Below, piece after piece: positions 1-12,850 of a DNA stretch of 38,367 nt. The stretch is from an uncultured bacterium (GTDB taxonomy: Bacteria; CSSED10-310; CAZUFC01). The translations under genes and the position numbers were made by a program. Position 1 is the first letter of the stretch, and every line of letters starts with the position of its first letter. The stretch spans positions 1 to 38,367 of the forward strand of contig CAZUFC010000086.1 of NCBI GenBank assembly GCA_964619725.1, given 5' to 3'. The notes under the pieces are model-generated. The model was not told where the DNA came from and did no database searches. It saw only the letters and a list, made by a program, of their open reading frames with translations.

Positions 1-19
1 AATGCTTAATGGATTTTCT

Positions 20-42
20 GTTGCCTTCAGGGCAACTTTTTT
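20..42 (+). terminator. Probable intrinsic terminator of a + strand gene upstream of the window
   Basis: GTTGCC-ttcag-GGCAAC hairpin followed by a T6 run. Confidence 0.5.
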
Positions 43-112
43 AACGAACTCTGAGCTTCGAATAATTTCTAAAATAATTAGAATTTTTGCTAAATTCAGA
101 CCTCAGTTAACT

Positions 113-646
113 TTATTGAACAAGGGTCGCAGGCATTAATAACAAAGCGACCGGAATCATTATGATTAACTGAACGACCCAACCTATCAGGCACACTATG
201 ACAGCCCTTCCCGTTCCGCTATAGTCAAGGGCCTGTCGAACCCCGATCACCATGGCGATCAACATCCATACATTCCCCACAAAAGTGAAAAGCAACCCTA
301 AAACCGGAATTATGCCGAGAATTCTTATAATACCCGGCGAACTTGCAAATCCGATGGTACGAAGCAACTGTCCGTAGTCAGCGTCAGTCTGCTCCTCCGG
401 CATCGCCTTCGCCCCAATCCAGTATATGAGCAACGCCCAGATAAACCATCCGATCAGAGCCGCAAGAGCGCCGCCGATTATGCCGCCGATGCCTCCGCGA
501 GCAAAACCTCCTATCCCCGCACAGATACTCGATATTATTACGATTGCCATGGCCTGCCCGAAAGCATCCCTGTCCGCCTCAACTTCTTCGTAAACAGCGG
601 CATCCAGACCGGCCGCCCTTATAATTCGATCGCTGAATGAACTCAT
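113..646 (-). CDS. Yip1-like multi-pass membrane protein
   Basis: 177 aa with about 5 hydrophobic segments; 'YEEVEAD..A..QA' and 'LLRTIGFASSPG' motifs; GAGGAGG SD before the ATG. Confidence 0.75.
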   Translation of the reverse strand: MSSFSDRIIRAAGLDAAVYEEVEADRDAFGQAMAIVIISSICAGIGGFARGGIGGIIGGALAALIGWFIWALLIYWIGAKAMPEEQTDADYGQLLRTIGFASSPGIIRILGIIPVLGLLFTFVGNVWMLIAMVIGVRQALDYSGTGRAVIVCLIGWVVQLIIMIPVALLLMPATLVQ

Positions 647-939
647 GGTATCCTCCTCTTTCTAAAGCATGCATTCTGCCGACGCCGGGTCCTTCTCCAC
701 GATCACCCGATGCTTCATAAATCTCTTCAAATTGGCATAATGACGACGGCGCATACAATGATCGTTTCGACTTCGAAAATTCAAATGAATTTTCATTTTA
801 AACATTGCAAATCCCCTACCATAATTTACTCAATGTAAAATTTAACTGCGTTTTTTCCTCTTCAAAAAATTTCAGGATATTTTCACCGGAGAATCAGCTA
901 TTGTTCATGTATTCAGAAAAGCTCAATGAGAACTTAATT

Positions 940-2070
940 TTAATCCAACTCTGTTTTTACGATATAACTGAAGATGTTTTCTTTTTCATCCAGCCGATTC
1001 ACTGTTTGAGCGGCTTCCTCCCTCGTCTCATATGGACCCAGACGAACCCTGTGGATGGTTTTCGCTCCGCTCGCATTGGTGTAAACTTTCGCCGGGTAAC
1101 CTTTCGCCTCCATATCCTCTTTCATTCGTTCCGCATATTTAATTCTTGCAAAAGCGCCCACCTGCACCATGTAAACGGTACCTTGAATCCTTTCCGGCGC
1201 AAATTCCGGTTCCTCTTTTTCTTGAAATGATTCTTCCTCCGTCGTCGGAGTCGGTTCCGTCGATTTTTTTAATTGGCTTGCTTCCGGCAATTGATTCAAC
1301 ACCATCTTAGCCTGCTGCGCCTGGGGAGAACCCGGGAATTTATCCGTTATCGTCTGATACATTCTGACGGCTTTTCTCAAGTCTCCTGCATTTTTATACA
1401 ATTCCGCCAGCTTATAATAAGCTTCTTCCCGGTAAACGCTGTCCTGATCATCCGCTATCATACGGAACTGAGTTTCAGCGGGTTCGAGTTGATTACGATT
1501 TATGTAGACGTGCCCGACGCCCAATGTCGCTAAATGAGCTTCAGGAGAATCCGGATATTTAAGGATGACCCTGTAAAACATGCCTGCTGCGTCGGAATTC
1601 TGTCCGTCCAGAAGCAGGGACTGACCCAGCAGAAGGAGTATCTCACGTGTCCTTTCCGAATCCGGGTATTCTGCCAGAAGGGTCCGGAGCAACTTCACTG
1701 CGGAGGCGAATTGCCCGCAAAGGTAATCCAGACGCGCATATTCCCATAATGCATCCTCTTTTAAATCGCCTTTCGGCAACTTATCAAGCAATTTATCCAG
1801 CTCCATTCGGCTCTCTTCTTCCCTCAAGCTCGTTTTAGCCTTAAAAAGCCGAATCCTGTGAGCATTCGGATACTCTTCCAGTATATCCGAAGCCTCCTCC
1901 AACGCTTCTTCAAGCTCGCCCTCTAAAACCAGCCTTTCCAACTCCTCAACCATTCTCTTCTCCCGGACCGAATCCAACTCCTCTGCCGCGCACTGCCCTC
2001 CCAGAGTCATCCATGCATTGACGAAAAAAATCAGACAACGCAATATCATTATGTTGTTTCGATTTTTCAT
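940..2070 (-). CDS. Secreted TPR-repeat (BamD/CpoB-like repeats) protein with C-terminal SPOR domain
   Basis: Signal-like N-terminus, repeated 'YPDS..A' TPR hairpins, C-terminal 'YMVQVGAF...HRVRLGPY' SPOR motif. Start moved from 2142 to the ATG at 2070, which forms an ATGA overlap with the upstream stop. Confidence 0.8.
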   Translation of the reverse strand: MKNRNNIMILRCLIFFVNAWMTLGGQCAAEELDSVREKRMVEELERLVLEGELEEALEEASDILEEYPNAHRIRLFKAKTSLREEESRMELDKLLDKLPKGDLKEDALWEYARLDYLCGQFASAVKLLRTLLAEYPDSERTREILLLLGQSLLLDGQNSDAAGMFYRVILKYPDSPEAHLATLGVGHVYINRNQLEPAETQFRMIADDQDSVYREEAYYKLAELYKNAGDLRKAVRMYQTITDKFPGSPQAQQAKMVLNQLPEASQLKKSTEPTPTTEEESFQEKEEPEFAPERIQGTVYMVQVGAFARIKYAERMKEDMEAKGYPAKVYTNASGAKTIHRVRLGPYETREEAAQTVNRLDEKENIFSYIVKTELD

Positions 2071-3020
2071 GCCTGCCGCTTCTCTCTGGTTTTCCATCTG
2101 TCGTGAACCCAGACCCACTGACCGGGATATTTTCTTATCCAATTTTCTATAGCCTGAGAGAAAATCTGAGTCGTCGCCTGCACATCATGGTCTAAATTTC
2201 CCGTATCAACCTTTTCTAGCGGTCCGTTTATTTCCATGATATGCGTATCCTCATCCTTCCGGGCGCATAGACAAGTAAAGACAGGAATACCATATTTTAA
2301 AGCCCATCCGGCCGCCCCGGTACTTGTGTAGGCCGGTCGGTCAAAAAATTCTACGAAGCCCCCCTTAACCGATTTCGTATCCTGGTCGATTAACGTCCCC
2401 AATACTCCGCCATCCTCGAAACACTGCCTCACGGCCTCTTTTCTGTGGGGAGAATCCCGGGAAATATTCTTCACGCCCGTTTTTTCACGTAAACCGATCA
2501 GTAATTTGTCCAGCCCCTTATTCGGATTATCCCGCGCCACAACATAAAGAGGAACGCCCGAAAGCGCCAGGTAGATAGCGGAAATTTCCCAATTGCCGGT
2601 ATGAGACGACACCCATATCATACCCTTATTATCTTGCAGATATTTTTCGACTTTTTCGGACCCTTTAATGGTGATATGCTTCCTCAATTCCTCCAGAGTA
2701 AGTCGTGAAGCAGCCAGGAACTCAAACACTGAACGCCCCATATTAATGAAAGACTTGCGGACTATTTTCTCCAGTTCAGCCTCATCAACCTCATCCCCGT
2801 AAGCATATTTAATATTGGTTACAGCCTTTTTTCTCAAAGGACTACCCAACTTGTAAGCTATCCTCCCCAGCAAACCTCCGATTTTGACGCGACTTTTCCA
2901 CGATATATTCTCGGAAACAAACATAAGCCCGCGAATAATCAGGTAGAGGGCCTTCTGAGCAACTTTTTGCCTGAGTTTCTTTAATTTTTTTCGTAATAAC
3001 GTGCTGTGACTTCTTGCCAT
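2067..3020 (-). CDS. lpxL: Lipid A biosynthesis late acyltransferase (LpxL/HtrB family)
   Basis: 'SHTGNWE' catalytic motif, 'LIDQD', 'VEFFDRPA', 'PGQWVWVHDRWK'; follows the kds genes. Confidence 0.8.
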   Translation of the reverse strand: MARSHSTLLRKKLKKLRQKVAQKALYLIIRGLMFVSENISWKSRVKIGGLLGRIAYKLGSPLRKKAVTNIKYAYGDEVDEAELEKIVRKSFINMGRSVFEFLAASRLTLEELRKHITIKGSEKVEKYLQDNKGMIWVSSHTGNWEISAIYLALSGVPLYVVARDNPNKGLDKLLIGLREKTGVKNISRDSPHRKEAVRQCFEDGGVLGTLIDQDTKSVKGGFVEFFDRPAYTSTGAAGWALKYGIPVFTCLCARKDEDTHIMEINGPLEKVDTGNLDHDVQATTQIFSQAIENWIRKYPGQWVWVHDRWKTREKRQA

Positions 3021-3526
3021 TTTCCTTGAATCTTCAACAGTTCTTCGAGAAATTCCCTGACTGCGCCTCGCCCTCCCGGTTTCGCCGTGATGTAAAGCGC
3101 CGCATCTTTAACCTCCTGGACGGCATCGGCCACAGTGGCCTGCAGACCCACTCGACGAAAAATCTGTAAATCAAGAAGATCGTCCCCCATAGCGGCAACG
3201 CTCTCAGGGGCGCATTCGTTTTTCTTAAAAAAATCGTCAAGGAAAGCCCCTTTATTAATGACTTTCTGGTAAATATGCTTTACGCCGAGTTCGGCGCCGC
3301 GTATTTCTACATCCGGCGAACGTTTCCCGGAAATAATGATTATTTCAATGCCTGCCCGGAGCGCCATGCGGACAGCCGAACCGTCCCGCACGAAGAAAGA
3401 TTTATGTTCCACTCCGTCAGCGTCGTAGAAAAACGTTCCGTCCGTCATTACGCCGTCCACATCAAGTATGACATATCGTATTTTTTTTGCTTTTTGCCGA
3501 AAAATCTTTTTTTTATCCTCTTTCAT
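2981..3526 (-). CDS. kdsC: KDO 8-phosphate phosphatase (HAD family)
   Basis: 'LDVDGVMTDG', 'F.VRDG', 'MGDDLLD', 'GGRGAVRE'. Confidence 0.95.
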   Translation of the reverse strand: MKEDKKKIFRQKAKKIRYVILDVDGVMTDGTFFYDADGVEHKSFFVRDGSAVRMALRAGIEIIIISGKRSPDVEIRGAELGVKHIYQKVINKGAFLDDFFKKNECAPESVAAMGDDLLDLQIFRRVGLQATVADAVQEVKDAALYITAKPGGRGAVREFLEELLKIQGKWQEVTARYYEKN

Positions 3527-3539
3527 CCCCCAGTATCCT

Positions 3540-4493
3540 CTATATTATGCCTTCTCTGATGATATCCTGTAATTTTATTACTCCCTCAAGCCGGTTCTCG
3601 CTGTCGACGATCAGAAGCGCCGTGATGGAATGCGATTCCATTATTCTCAACGCCTCGGCGGCGAGCATTTTTTTGTGGATCAATTTAGGCTTTTCCGTCA
3701 TAAAATCTTTCACGGGCTTGTTCAGCATATTAGAACCTGAAGATACGGCTCTGCGCAAGTCGCCGTCGGTGAGCAGACCGGTCAGATTCATGCTTGAGTC
3801 CACGACGGTGGTCAGGCCGAGACCTTTGGAGTTCATTTCTACAATAGCGTCTTTCATGAGAGTATCTTTCGTTACGACAGGCACATCGTTTCCTGTAATC
3901 ATCAGGTCGCAGACTCTTTTCAGTTTTTGACCTAATTTTCCGCCGGGATGAAGGTCTGCGAAATCTTCTTTTTTGAATCCCCTTCTGTCGAGAAGCACGA
4001 TGGCTATGGCGTCGCCCAGGGCTAAGGCGGCCGTAGTGCTGGCCGTGGGAGCCAGCCCCAGCGGACACGCCTCTGATCTGACTCCGATGTTTAAAACAAC
4101 GTCTGCGGCTTTACCTAATTCTGATTCAGGTTTCCCCGTCATACATATCAGCTTGACTCCCAATCGCTTTATCAAAGGAAGAAGGCCGATAATCTCTGTC
4201 GATTCACCGCTGTTCGATACAGAGAGAACGACGTCGCCTCGAACAATCATACCCAGGTCTCCGTGAATAGCATCCCCGGCATGCAGAAAAAAAGCCGGCG
4301 TGCCCGTGCTGGCCAAAGTGGCCGCTATCTTTTTGCATACCAGGCCTGATTTTCCCACTCCGGTTACTACCACGCGTTGCTCGCAGGCAAAAATGAGTTC
4401 GATGGTTCGAATGAAATTTTCATCCAGCATGTCCCGGACGCGAATTATCGCCTCAGCTTCAGTTTCAAGCGCTTTTCTGGCCGTTTCAAGCAT
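3540..4493 (-). CDS. kdsD: Arabinose 5-phosphate isomerase (KpsF/GutQ family; SIS + 2 CBS domains)
   Basis: 'GVGKSG', 'STGTPAFFLH...HGDLG', 'APTASTT', 'HPGGKLG'. Confidence 0.95.
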   Translation of the reverse strand: MLETARKALETEAEAIIRVRDMLDENFIRTIELIFACEQRVVVTGVGKSGLVCKKIAATLASTGTPAFFLHAGDAIHGDLGMIVRGDVVLSVSNSGESTEIIGLLPLIKRLGVKLICMTGKPESELGKAADVVLNIGVRSEACPLGLAPTASTTAALALGDAIAIVLLDRRGFKKEDFADLHPGGKLGQKLKRVCDLMITGNDVPVVTKDTLMKDAIVEMNSKGLGLTTVVDSSMNLTGLLTDGDLRRAVSSGSNMLNKPVKDFMTEKPKLIHKKMLAAEALRIMESHSITALLIVDSENRLEGVIKLQDIIREGII

Positions 4494-4511
4494 TGCCTCG
4501 CTCCTGCAGGG

Positions 4512-7748
<3,237 letters not shown>

Positions 7749-7783
7749 CGAAACGTCTCCGTTCCCTGGCTCTTCACCTGTAA

Positions 7784-8785
7784 CTAAGTTTCAGTATACT
7801 GCCGCAACGATTTCAATATCTCCTCCACCTTTACCGTGGCCGTTCCCATCTTGCCCACGACTATCCCGGCGGCAAAATTGGACAACACCGCAGCATCATA
7901 CATCGCCGCGCCGGATACTAACGCCATAGTCAATGTGCTTATAACCGTATCCCCTGCTCCCGTTACGTCATACACGTCACGCGCAACCGTGTCAATATGG
8001 TTCATACGTCCATTGCCCTCAAATAAAACCATGCCCCTCTCGCCGTAAGTCACCAGCAGAGCTTCCGGTTCAACTATCTCCATCAACTTCTTGCCCGCCT
8101 TCATCATATCCTGCTCGTTCCTTATCTTTATGCCTGTCGCCTGACCCGCCTCATGATGATTAGGCGTCAATATCGTACACCTCTTGTAACAATCCAGGTT
8201 CCTTATTTTCGGATCAACAGTCCCTACTTTTCCGTGTTTTCTGCATAACCCAAGCACATGTTCCGCCAGCTCTCGCCCTACTATCCCCTTCGCATAATCC
8301 GATATGATCACAGCATCCAGATGCCTGATGGTCTTGTCCGCAAAATCCTTTAAATACTCAAAAGACCTGGGATCAGGATACTTTATGTCCTCCCAATCCA
8401 CTCGCACCACCTGCTGATTATGCGCGATAATACGCGTTTTCAGCGTCGTCCTTATCTCACCGCTGACGGCTATGCCCTGATGATCCACTCCTTTCGATTT
8501 CAACAGGTCGATTACCTGGCGCCCCATGTAATCTTTACCCACCTGTCCTGAAAGAAATACCTTAGCTCCAAGCTCACATAAATTGTTCACCACGTTGGCG
8601 GCCCCGCCTAACCGAAAAGACTGATTATTTACTCGCACCACAGGCACCGGAGCTTCCGGCGATATCCTCTCCACCTCTCCCATAATATATTGATCCATCA
8701 TTATGTCGCCGAATACCAGCACCTTCTTTCCCTTGAACTGCATTAACACTTCATTTAATCGAGGAACATCCTGCTTAGATATCAT
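7784..8785 (-). CDS. hldA: D-glycero-beta-D-manno-heptose 7-phosphate kinase (stand-alone RfaE domain I)
   Basis: 'RISPEAPVPVV', 'GGAANV', 'SDYAKG', 'DVTGAGDT'; no adenylyltransferase domain. Confidence 0.92.
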   Translation of the reverse strand: MISKQDVPRLNEVLMQFKGKKVLVFGDIMMDQYIMGEVERISPEAPVPVVRVNNQSFRLGGAANVVNNLCELGAKVFLSGQVGKDYMGRQVIDLLKSKGVDHQGIAVSGEIRTTLKTRIIAHNQQVVRVDWEDIKYPDPRSFEYLKDFADKTIRHLDAVIISDYAKGIVGRELAEHVLGLCRKHGKVGTVDPKIRNLDCYKRCTILTPNHHEAGQATGIKIRNEQDMMKAGKKLMEIVEPEALLVTYGERGMVLFEGNGRMNHIDTVARDVYDVTGAGDTVISTLTMALVSGAAMYDAAVLSNFAAGIVVGKMGTATVKVEEILKSLRQYTET

Positions 8786-10062
8786 TTTTTCTCGAACTCT
8801 CCGTTCTTTTCACTGTGTTCATGAAGTTTTGATCCTTTTTTCTGAGTCAGGCATATTATAAAAGCCAGGTAAAACCAGATTAAAAAACTGATTTCATTCT
8901 CGTATCGATAAGTCGTTATCCCGTAAGTAAAAAATGCTGCGAATCCAGTCGTCAGTCCTGTCAGCAATCCTGCATCCATGCCTTCTCGCTTTTTTCTGAT
9001 CGCCGGAACGGCCTGATATATCCCCCGACCGAATAAGGCTATCAGAGCGATGAAGCCGATAATACCCCGCTCGATAATTATTTGCAAATAAAAATTATGC
9101 ACGTTTTCCAACACCTTGCCCGAAGATAAAGGCCGCATGTATTGGGGATAAATTTTTTGAAAATTTTCGCTTCCGTAACCGATACCGAACCAAAAGTAGT
9201 CCTTGATCATGTCTATCGAAGCCGCCCACAACCAGTATCGGTCGCCTATCACTATGTGTCCCTTGAAATTCTGCCAGTCAAATGCCGATAGCGCTCTATT
9301 CAGAACCTTCTCGGGCATGACCACAGGAGAAAACAAAGCCAGAATCAACAGGAAAATCAGAATCTTCTTGTTTTTCAAAAAGCCGAGGAAAATAAAAACC
9401 ACCGTGAGACTGAACCAGCTTCCCCGGGCAAAAGTTAAAATGAGAAAACATACGGAAGAAATGCCGGGGAAAAACATCAGCCACAAGGTTCTGATATTTC
9501 GGGTGTAAAGAAAAAGTGAAGCGATTACGGGAACTGTCAGAGTAACGTAAAAAGCAGCCCGGCCGAAACTGGGAAAAATGGATGTGGCGCGGGCTCCCAC
9601 AAGATTATCTACGGATACTCCTTCCTGTGACAAATATCCGTAAACGCCGTAACATGAAATTACTGTTACGCAAAGGATAAGAACTGACATCATTCTGACG
9701 ATCGATTTCCTGCTATTTACATTGTTGACGATTAAATAATATAAGGCTATCAGCCATAACGCCTCTGATTGAAAAACATCGAGACTGTATTCTCTGTCCG
9801 TCGAAAAGATTATCGAGAGAACGACAGCGCCCAAATTGATCAGAATAAGCAGGTCCATAGGCGTACGTTTCAACAGCAGTTTCCGTTGATTGATGCTTTT
9901 CGCCGCCCAGGCGGCCACAGCAGTAAAAAAACTGATGGACTTCAACGCAGCGGTATGCGGAAAAGGCATACCGAACAGCATAATCGACAGAGCCGTTGAG
10001 ATTACGATATCAGCCCAGCGATCGAATCTTCGGCTTCCTTTAATATGTGATGAATCTCTCAA
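8782..10062 (-). CDS. O-antigen ligase family membrane protein (Wzy_C/WaaL-like)
   Basis: About 12 TM segments, 'TFARGSW', 'R..LW.....MIKD...FGIGYG', 'HNFYLQ...E.GIIG'. Confidence 0.85.
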   Translation of the reverse strand: MRDSSHIKGSRRFDRWADIVISTALSIMLFGMPFPHTAALKSISFFTAVAAWAAKSINQRKLLLKRTPMDLLILINLGAVVLSIIFSTDREYSLDVFQSEALWLIALYYLIVNNVNSRKSIVRMMSVLILCVTVISCYGVYGYLSQEGVSVDNLVGARATSIFPSFGRAAFYVTLTVPVIASLFLYTRNIRTLWLMFFPGISSVCFLILTFARGSWFSLTVVFIFLGFLKNKKILIFLLILALFSPVVMPEKVLNRALSAFDWQNFKGHIVIGDRYWLWAASIDMIKDYFWFGIGYGSENFQKIYPQYMRPLSSGKVLENVHNFYLQIIIERGIIGFIALIALFGRGIYQAVPAIRKKREGMDAGLLTGLTTGFAAFFTYGITTYRYENEISFLIWFYLAFIICLTQKKGSKLHEHSEKNGEFEKK

Positions 10063-11189
10063 TTCGTCCTTTTTTCCTGCCAGACCTTTCTGTACAAAGC
10101 CTCTGTTTTTTCCCTCATTCTTTGCATAGAAAATTCCTGGACCCTCTCTAAAGATTTCCGGGACATCTCCTTAATTAATTCTCCATCCCACAAAAGCCTT
10201 TCGAGCCTTTCCGTCAATAAATTCAAATTATCGAGAGGAGGAATAACGAATCCGTTTTCTCCATCTTCAATCGCTTCCGCATTGCCTCCCACATCGGTGA
10301 CGATCGCCGGTAAACCAGTCGCCATCGCTTCCAGAAGAACATTCGAGAATCCTTCTTTAAAAGAAGGCAAAACGAATACATCCAGACAAGACATTATACG
10401 ATCAACATCGCGCCGTTCGCCCAAAATCAGGATATCCTTCTCAAGTCCCCAGTCCCGCACCATTTGCCTTAACTTGTTTTCCAGTTTACCGCCGCCTGCA
10501 ACGATAAATTTCACATGCTGCAATTTCTTTTCATTCAGCAATATCTTCGCGGATTTTATAAACAGTTCCGGCGCTTTCTGGGGGACCAGGCGAGCTATAA
10601 ATCCTACGGCTTTATCACGACCTCCGAGGCCTAACGACTCCTTTAATTCTCGTGAAGCCTTACCAGGCTTGAATTCCCTTAAATCTACGCCGTTATGAAT
10701 CACCTCTATCTTTTCCGCCGGCGCTTTGACCCTTTCCGTCAGGTTCCCGGCTACCGCCCGGCTTACCGCTATTATTCGATCTCTGTATCGATTTAAAATA
10801 CGGTCCATGATCAATTGTCTGTTCGTATCCCAGGTGTTCATGTTGTGCATGTGGGAAATGATGACAGGAACGCGGGCGAACAAGGCTGAAACCGTGCCCG
10901 AAGTGTTCGCTCTGTACATATGAGAATGTATTATGTCGATCCTGTCCTTTCTCAGTTTTTCCGCCAGCCTGCGGATGGCCGCCGGGTCCAGCCTGGACCT
11001 GAATTTTATCAACTGGGCGGGAATGCCGAGCTTCTGCGCTTCTTTAAATAGAGGTCCCTCTTCATGCAGACAGATCAATGAATATGAAAAATCTTTCCGG
11101 TCTGATATCTCGAAAAACTTGATAATCTTTTTTTCAATACCGCCCAGCGGCATTCTCGTTATCACCCTGGCTACATTTAAAACACGCAT
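10059..11189 (-). CDS. Glycosyltransferase family 4
   Basis: 'VIHNGVD', 'FVLPSFKEGFSNVLLEAMATGLP...TDVGGNAE'. Confidence 0.93.
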   Translation of the reverse strand: MRVLNVARVITRMPLGGIEKKIIKFFEISDRKDFSYSLICLHEEGPLFKEAQKLGIPAQLIKFRSRLDPAAIRRLAEKLRKDRIDIIHSHMYRANTSGTVSALFARVPVIISHMHNMNTWDTNRQLIMDRILNRYRDRIIAVSRAVAGNLTERVKAPAEKIEVIHNGVDLREFKPGKASRELKESLGLGGRDKAVGFIARLVPQKAPELFIKSAKILLNEKKLQHVKFIVAGGGKLENKLRQMVRDWGLEKDILILGERRDVDRIMSCLDVFVLPSFKEGFSNVLLEAMATGLPAIVTDVGGNAEAIEDGENGFVIPPLDNLNLLTERLERLLWDGELIKEMSRKSLERVQEFSMQRMREKTEALYRKVWQEKRTN

Positions 11190-11191
11190 CG

Positions 11192-12277
11192 CTACTTCAA
11201 AAAAGCCTTATAATAATCCAATGTTCCCTCTACCATTCTATCAGCCGTAAAGTACTTCTTCACGCGCCTTTCGCCTGCTCCGCCATATTTCCTCATCTTT
11301 TCCGGTTTCAAAAAAAGATCGGTGACGGCTTCCGCCAGAGCCGCATCGTCTTCCGGCGGAACCAGCAAACCCGTCTCTCCGTCCGCGACGACTTCCGGAA
11401 TTCCTCCCGTTTTGCACGCAACAACCGGCTTTCTCAAAGCCATTGCATCGAGAAGAGAAGTGCAGAGCCCTTCCAGCTTTGAAGGCAATACGAACAGATC
11501 GAATCCCGCTATCAGATCAGGCACGTCCTCCCGGAATCCCGTGAAAATGACATGTGCGTCAATTCCCAATTCGTCTGCAGTTCTCTTTAATACGGGCATC
11601 AAGCTTCCCGCTCCTACTATCATTATTTTGCAGGGACATACATTTAATATCCTTTTTGCGGCTTTCAACAGATTCTGATGATCCTTGTGATCGGCCAGAT
11701 GACCCACCGTGCCCGCCAGCAGTTCATCATCATTAATGCCGAATTCCTGCCTTACGTTCTTTTCCGTTTTTCTGCTTAAAAGTTCCTCAATATCAATGCC
11801 GCTGTATATTCTCTTTATCCTTTGCTCGTGTATGCCGCAATCCATAAGGACCTTTCTGATCTGTTCGGATATGGCGATGATGCCTGCAATTTTGTATTTG
11901 TATTTCGTCAGGGCCGATATCGGCGATATTCTGAAATCAACCCGCCGAGTATGAAAATGCAAGCCTATTCGACAGGCAGCAGCGGCAAAAGATGCGTGGA
12001 GTATGGAATGGGAAGTGTGGGAATGCACTATGTCGATCGGCTCCTCATTGTGTCGCGCCATGATCCTGAAAAGAGTCTGCGGATCGCCCGGAAAATGCAT
12101 CGGCGCAGAAAGAGTTGTCAGACCTCGTTCTGCAGCCTTTCGGATGAATGCGCTCTCTTCGGGACCGCACACAGTGACTTTCCAGCCCCTTTTCCGCTGT
12201 CCGCAAGCCAGGTGCAACGCCTGCAGTTCCCCGCCGCGCCAGGTTTTTTCCGTATCCACATGCAGCACGTGTTTCAT
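11192..12277 (-). CDS. Glycosyltransferase family 4
   Basis: 'WRGGE.Q', 'FVLPSKLEGLCTSLLDAMA', 'GGIPEVV.DGETG'. Confidence 0.93.
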   Translation of the reverse strand: MKHVLHVDTEKTWRGGELQALHLACGQRKRGWKVTVCGPEESAFIRKAAERGLTTLSAPMHFPGDPQTLFRIMARHNEEPIDIVHSHTSHSILHASFAAAACRIGLHFHTRRVDFRISPISALTKYKYKIAGIIAISEQIRKVLMDCGIHEQRIKRIYSGIDIEELLSRKTEKNVRQEFGINDDELLAGTVGHLADHKDHQNLLKAAKRILNVCPCKIMIVGAGSLMPVLKRTADELGIDAHVIFTGFREDVPDLIAGFDLFVLPSKLEGLCTSLLDAMALRKPVVACKTGGIPEVVADGETGLLVPPEDDAALAEAVTDLFLKPEKMRKYGGAGERRVKKYFTADRMVEGTLDYYKAFLK

Positions 12278-12383
12278 TTGCCTGAAACCCCTTCAATTTA
12301 ACCGCTGAACTGCATAATTGCTTATAAAACCGGCTTTACGCACACAATAAAAGAATCTCTGAACTCAGCCGCTTTCCCTACGT

Positions 12384-12704
12384 TTATGCAGGACCTGATT
12401 GAGCGTTTTCCTCTGATTTTTCCTCCTTCTTCTCCACCGTCGCTTCGGAACTCGCATGCTCTTCCACATCTCTCTTCGGCTCCCGGTCCGTATCTGCAGA
12501 AGATGAAGTCGTTTCTCCCTGAAATTCCTCTTTCAGAGGTTGCGCCTGGTCTATCAGCATACAGGGTATTCCCATGTCGTTGATCGAATAAACAAGTTCG
12601 CATTTTCGACAAACAAGTCCGTCTTCTGCGGGTTTCAATTCCAATTCGCCTTTGCATTTGGGGCATACCAGAATATCCAGTATTTCTTTGTTGAAGGCCA
12701 TCAT
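12384..12704 (-). CDS. Trm112-like (YcaR/UPF0434) protein with acidic C-terminal extension
   Basis: 'LDILVCPKCKGEL...LVC..C...Y.I...GIP.ML'; AAGGAGG SD. Confidence 0.85.
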   Translation of the reverse strand: MMAFNKEILDILVCPKCKGELELKPAEDGLVCRKCELVYSINDMGIPCMLIDQAQPLKEEFQGETTSSSADTDREPKRDVEEHASSEATVEKKEEKSEENAQSGPA

Positions 12705-12850
12705 TCCTCCTTTATTTTTTTATCCCTTTTCTTCTGATAATCTTCCCTCAAAACGGGGAACGTCGGCGCTCGCCCGTAAGATGGTAACTTTCTTATAAAC
12801 GCCTGTCATCCCTTTATCCTTTTCCGTTACTCGCAAAATCACATTCGCCT

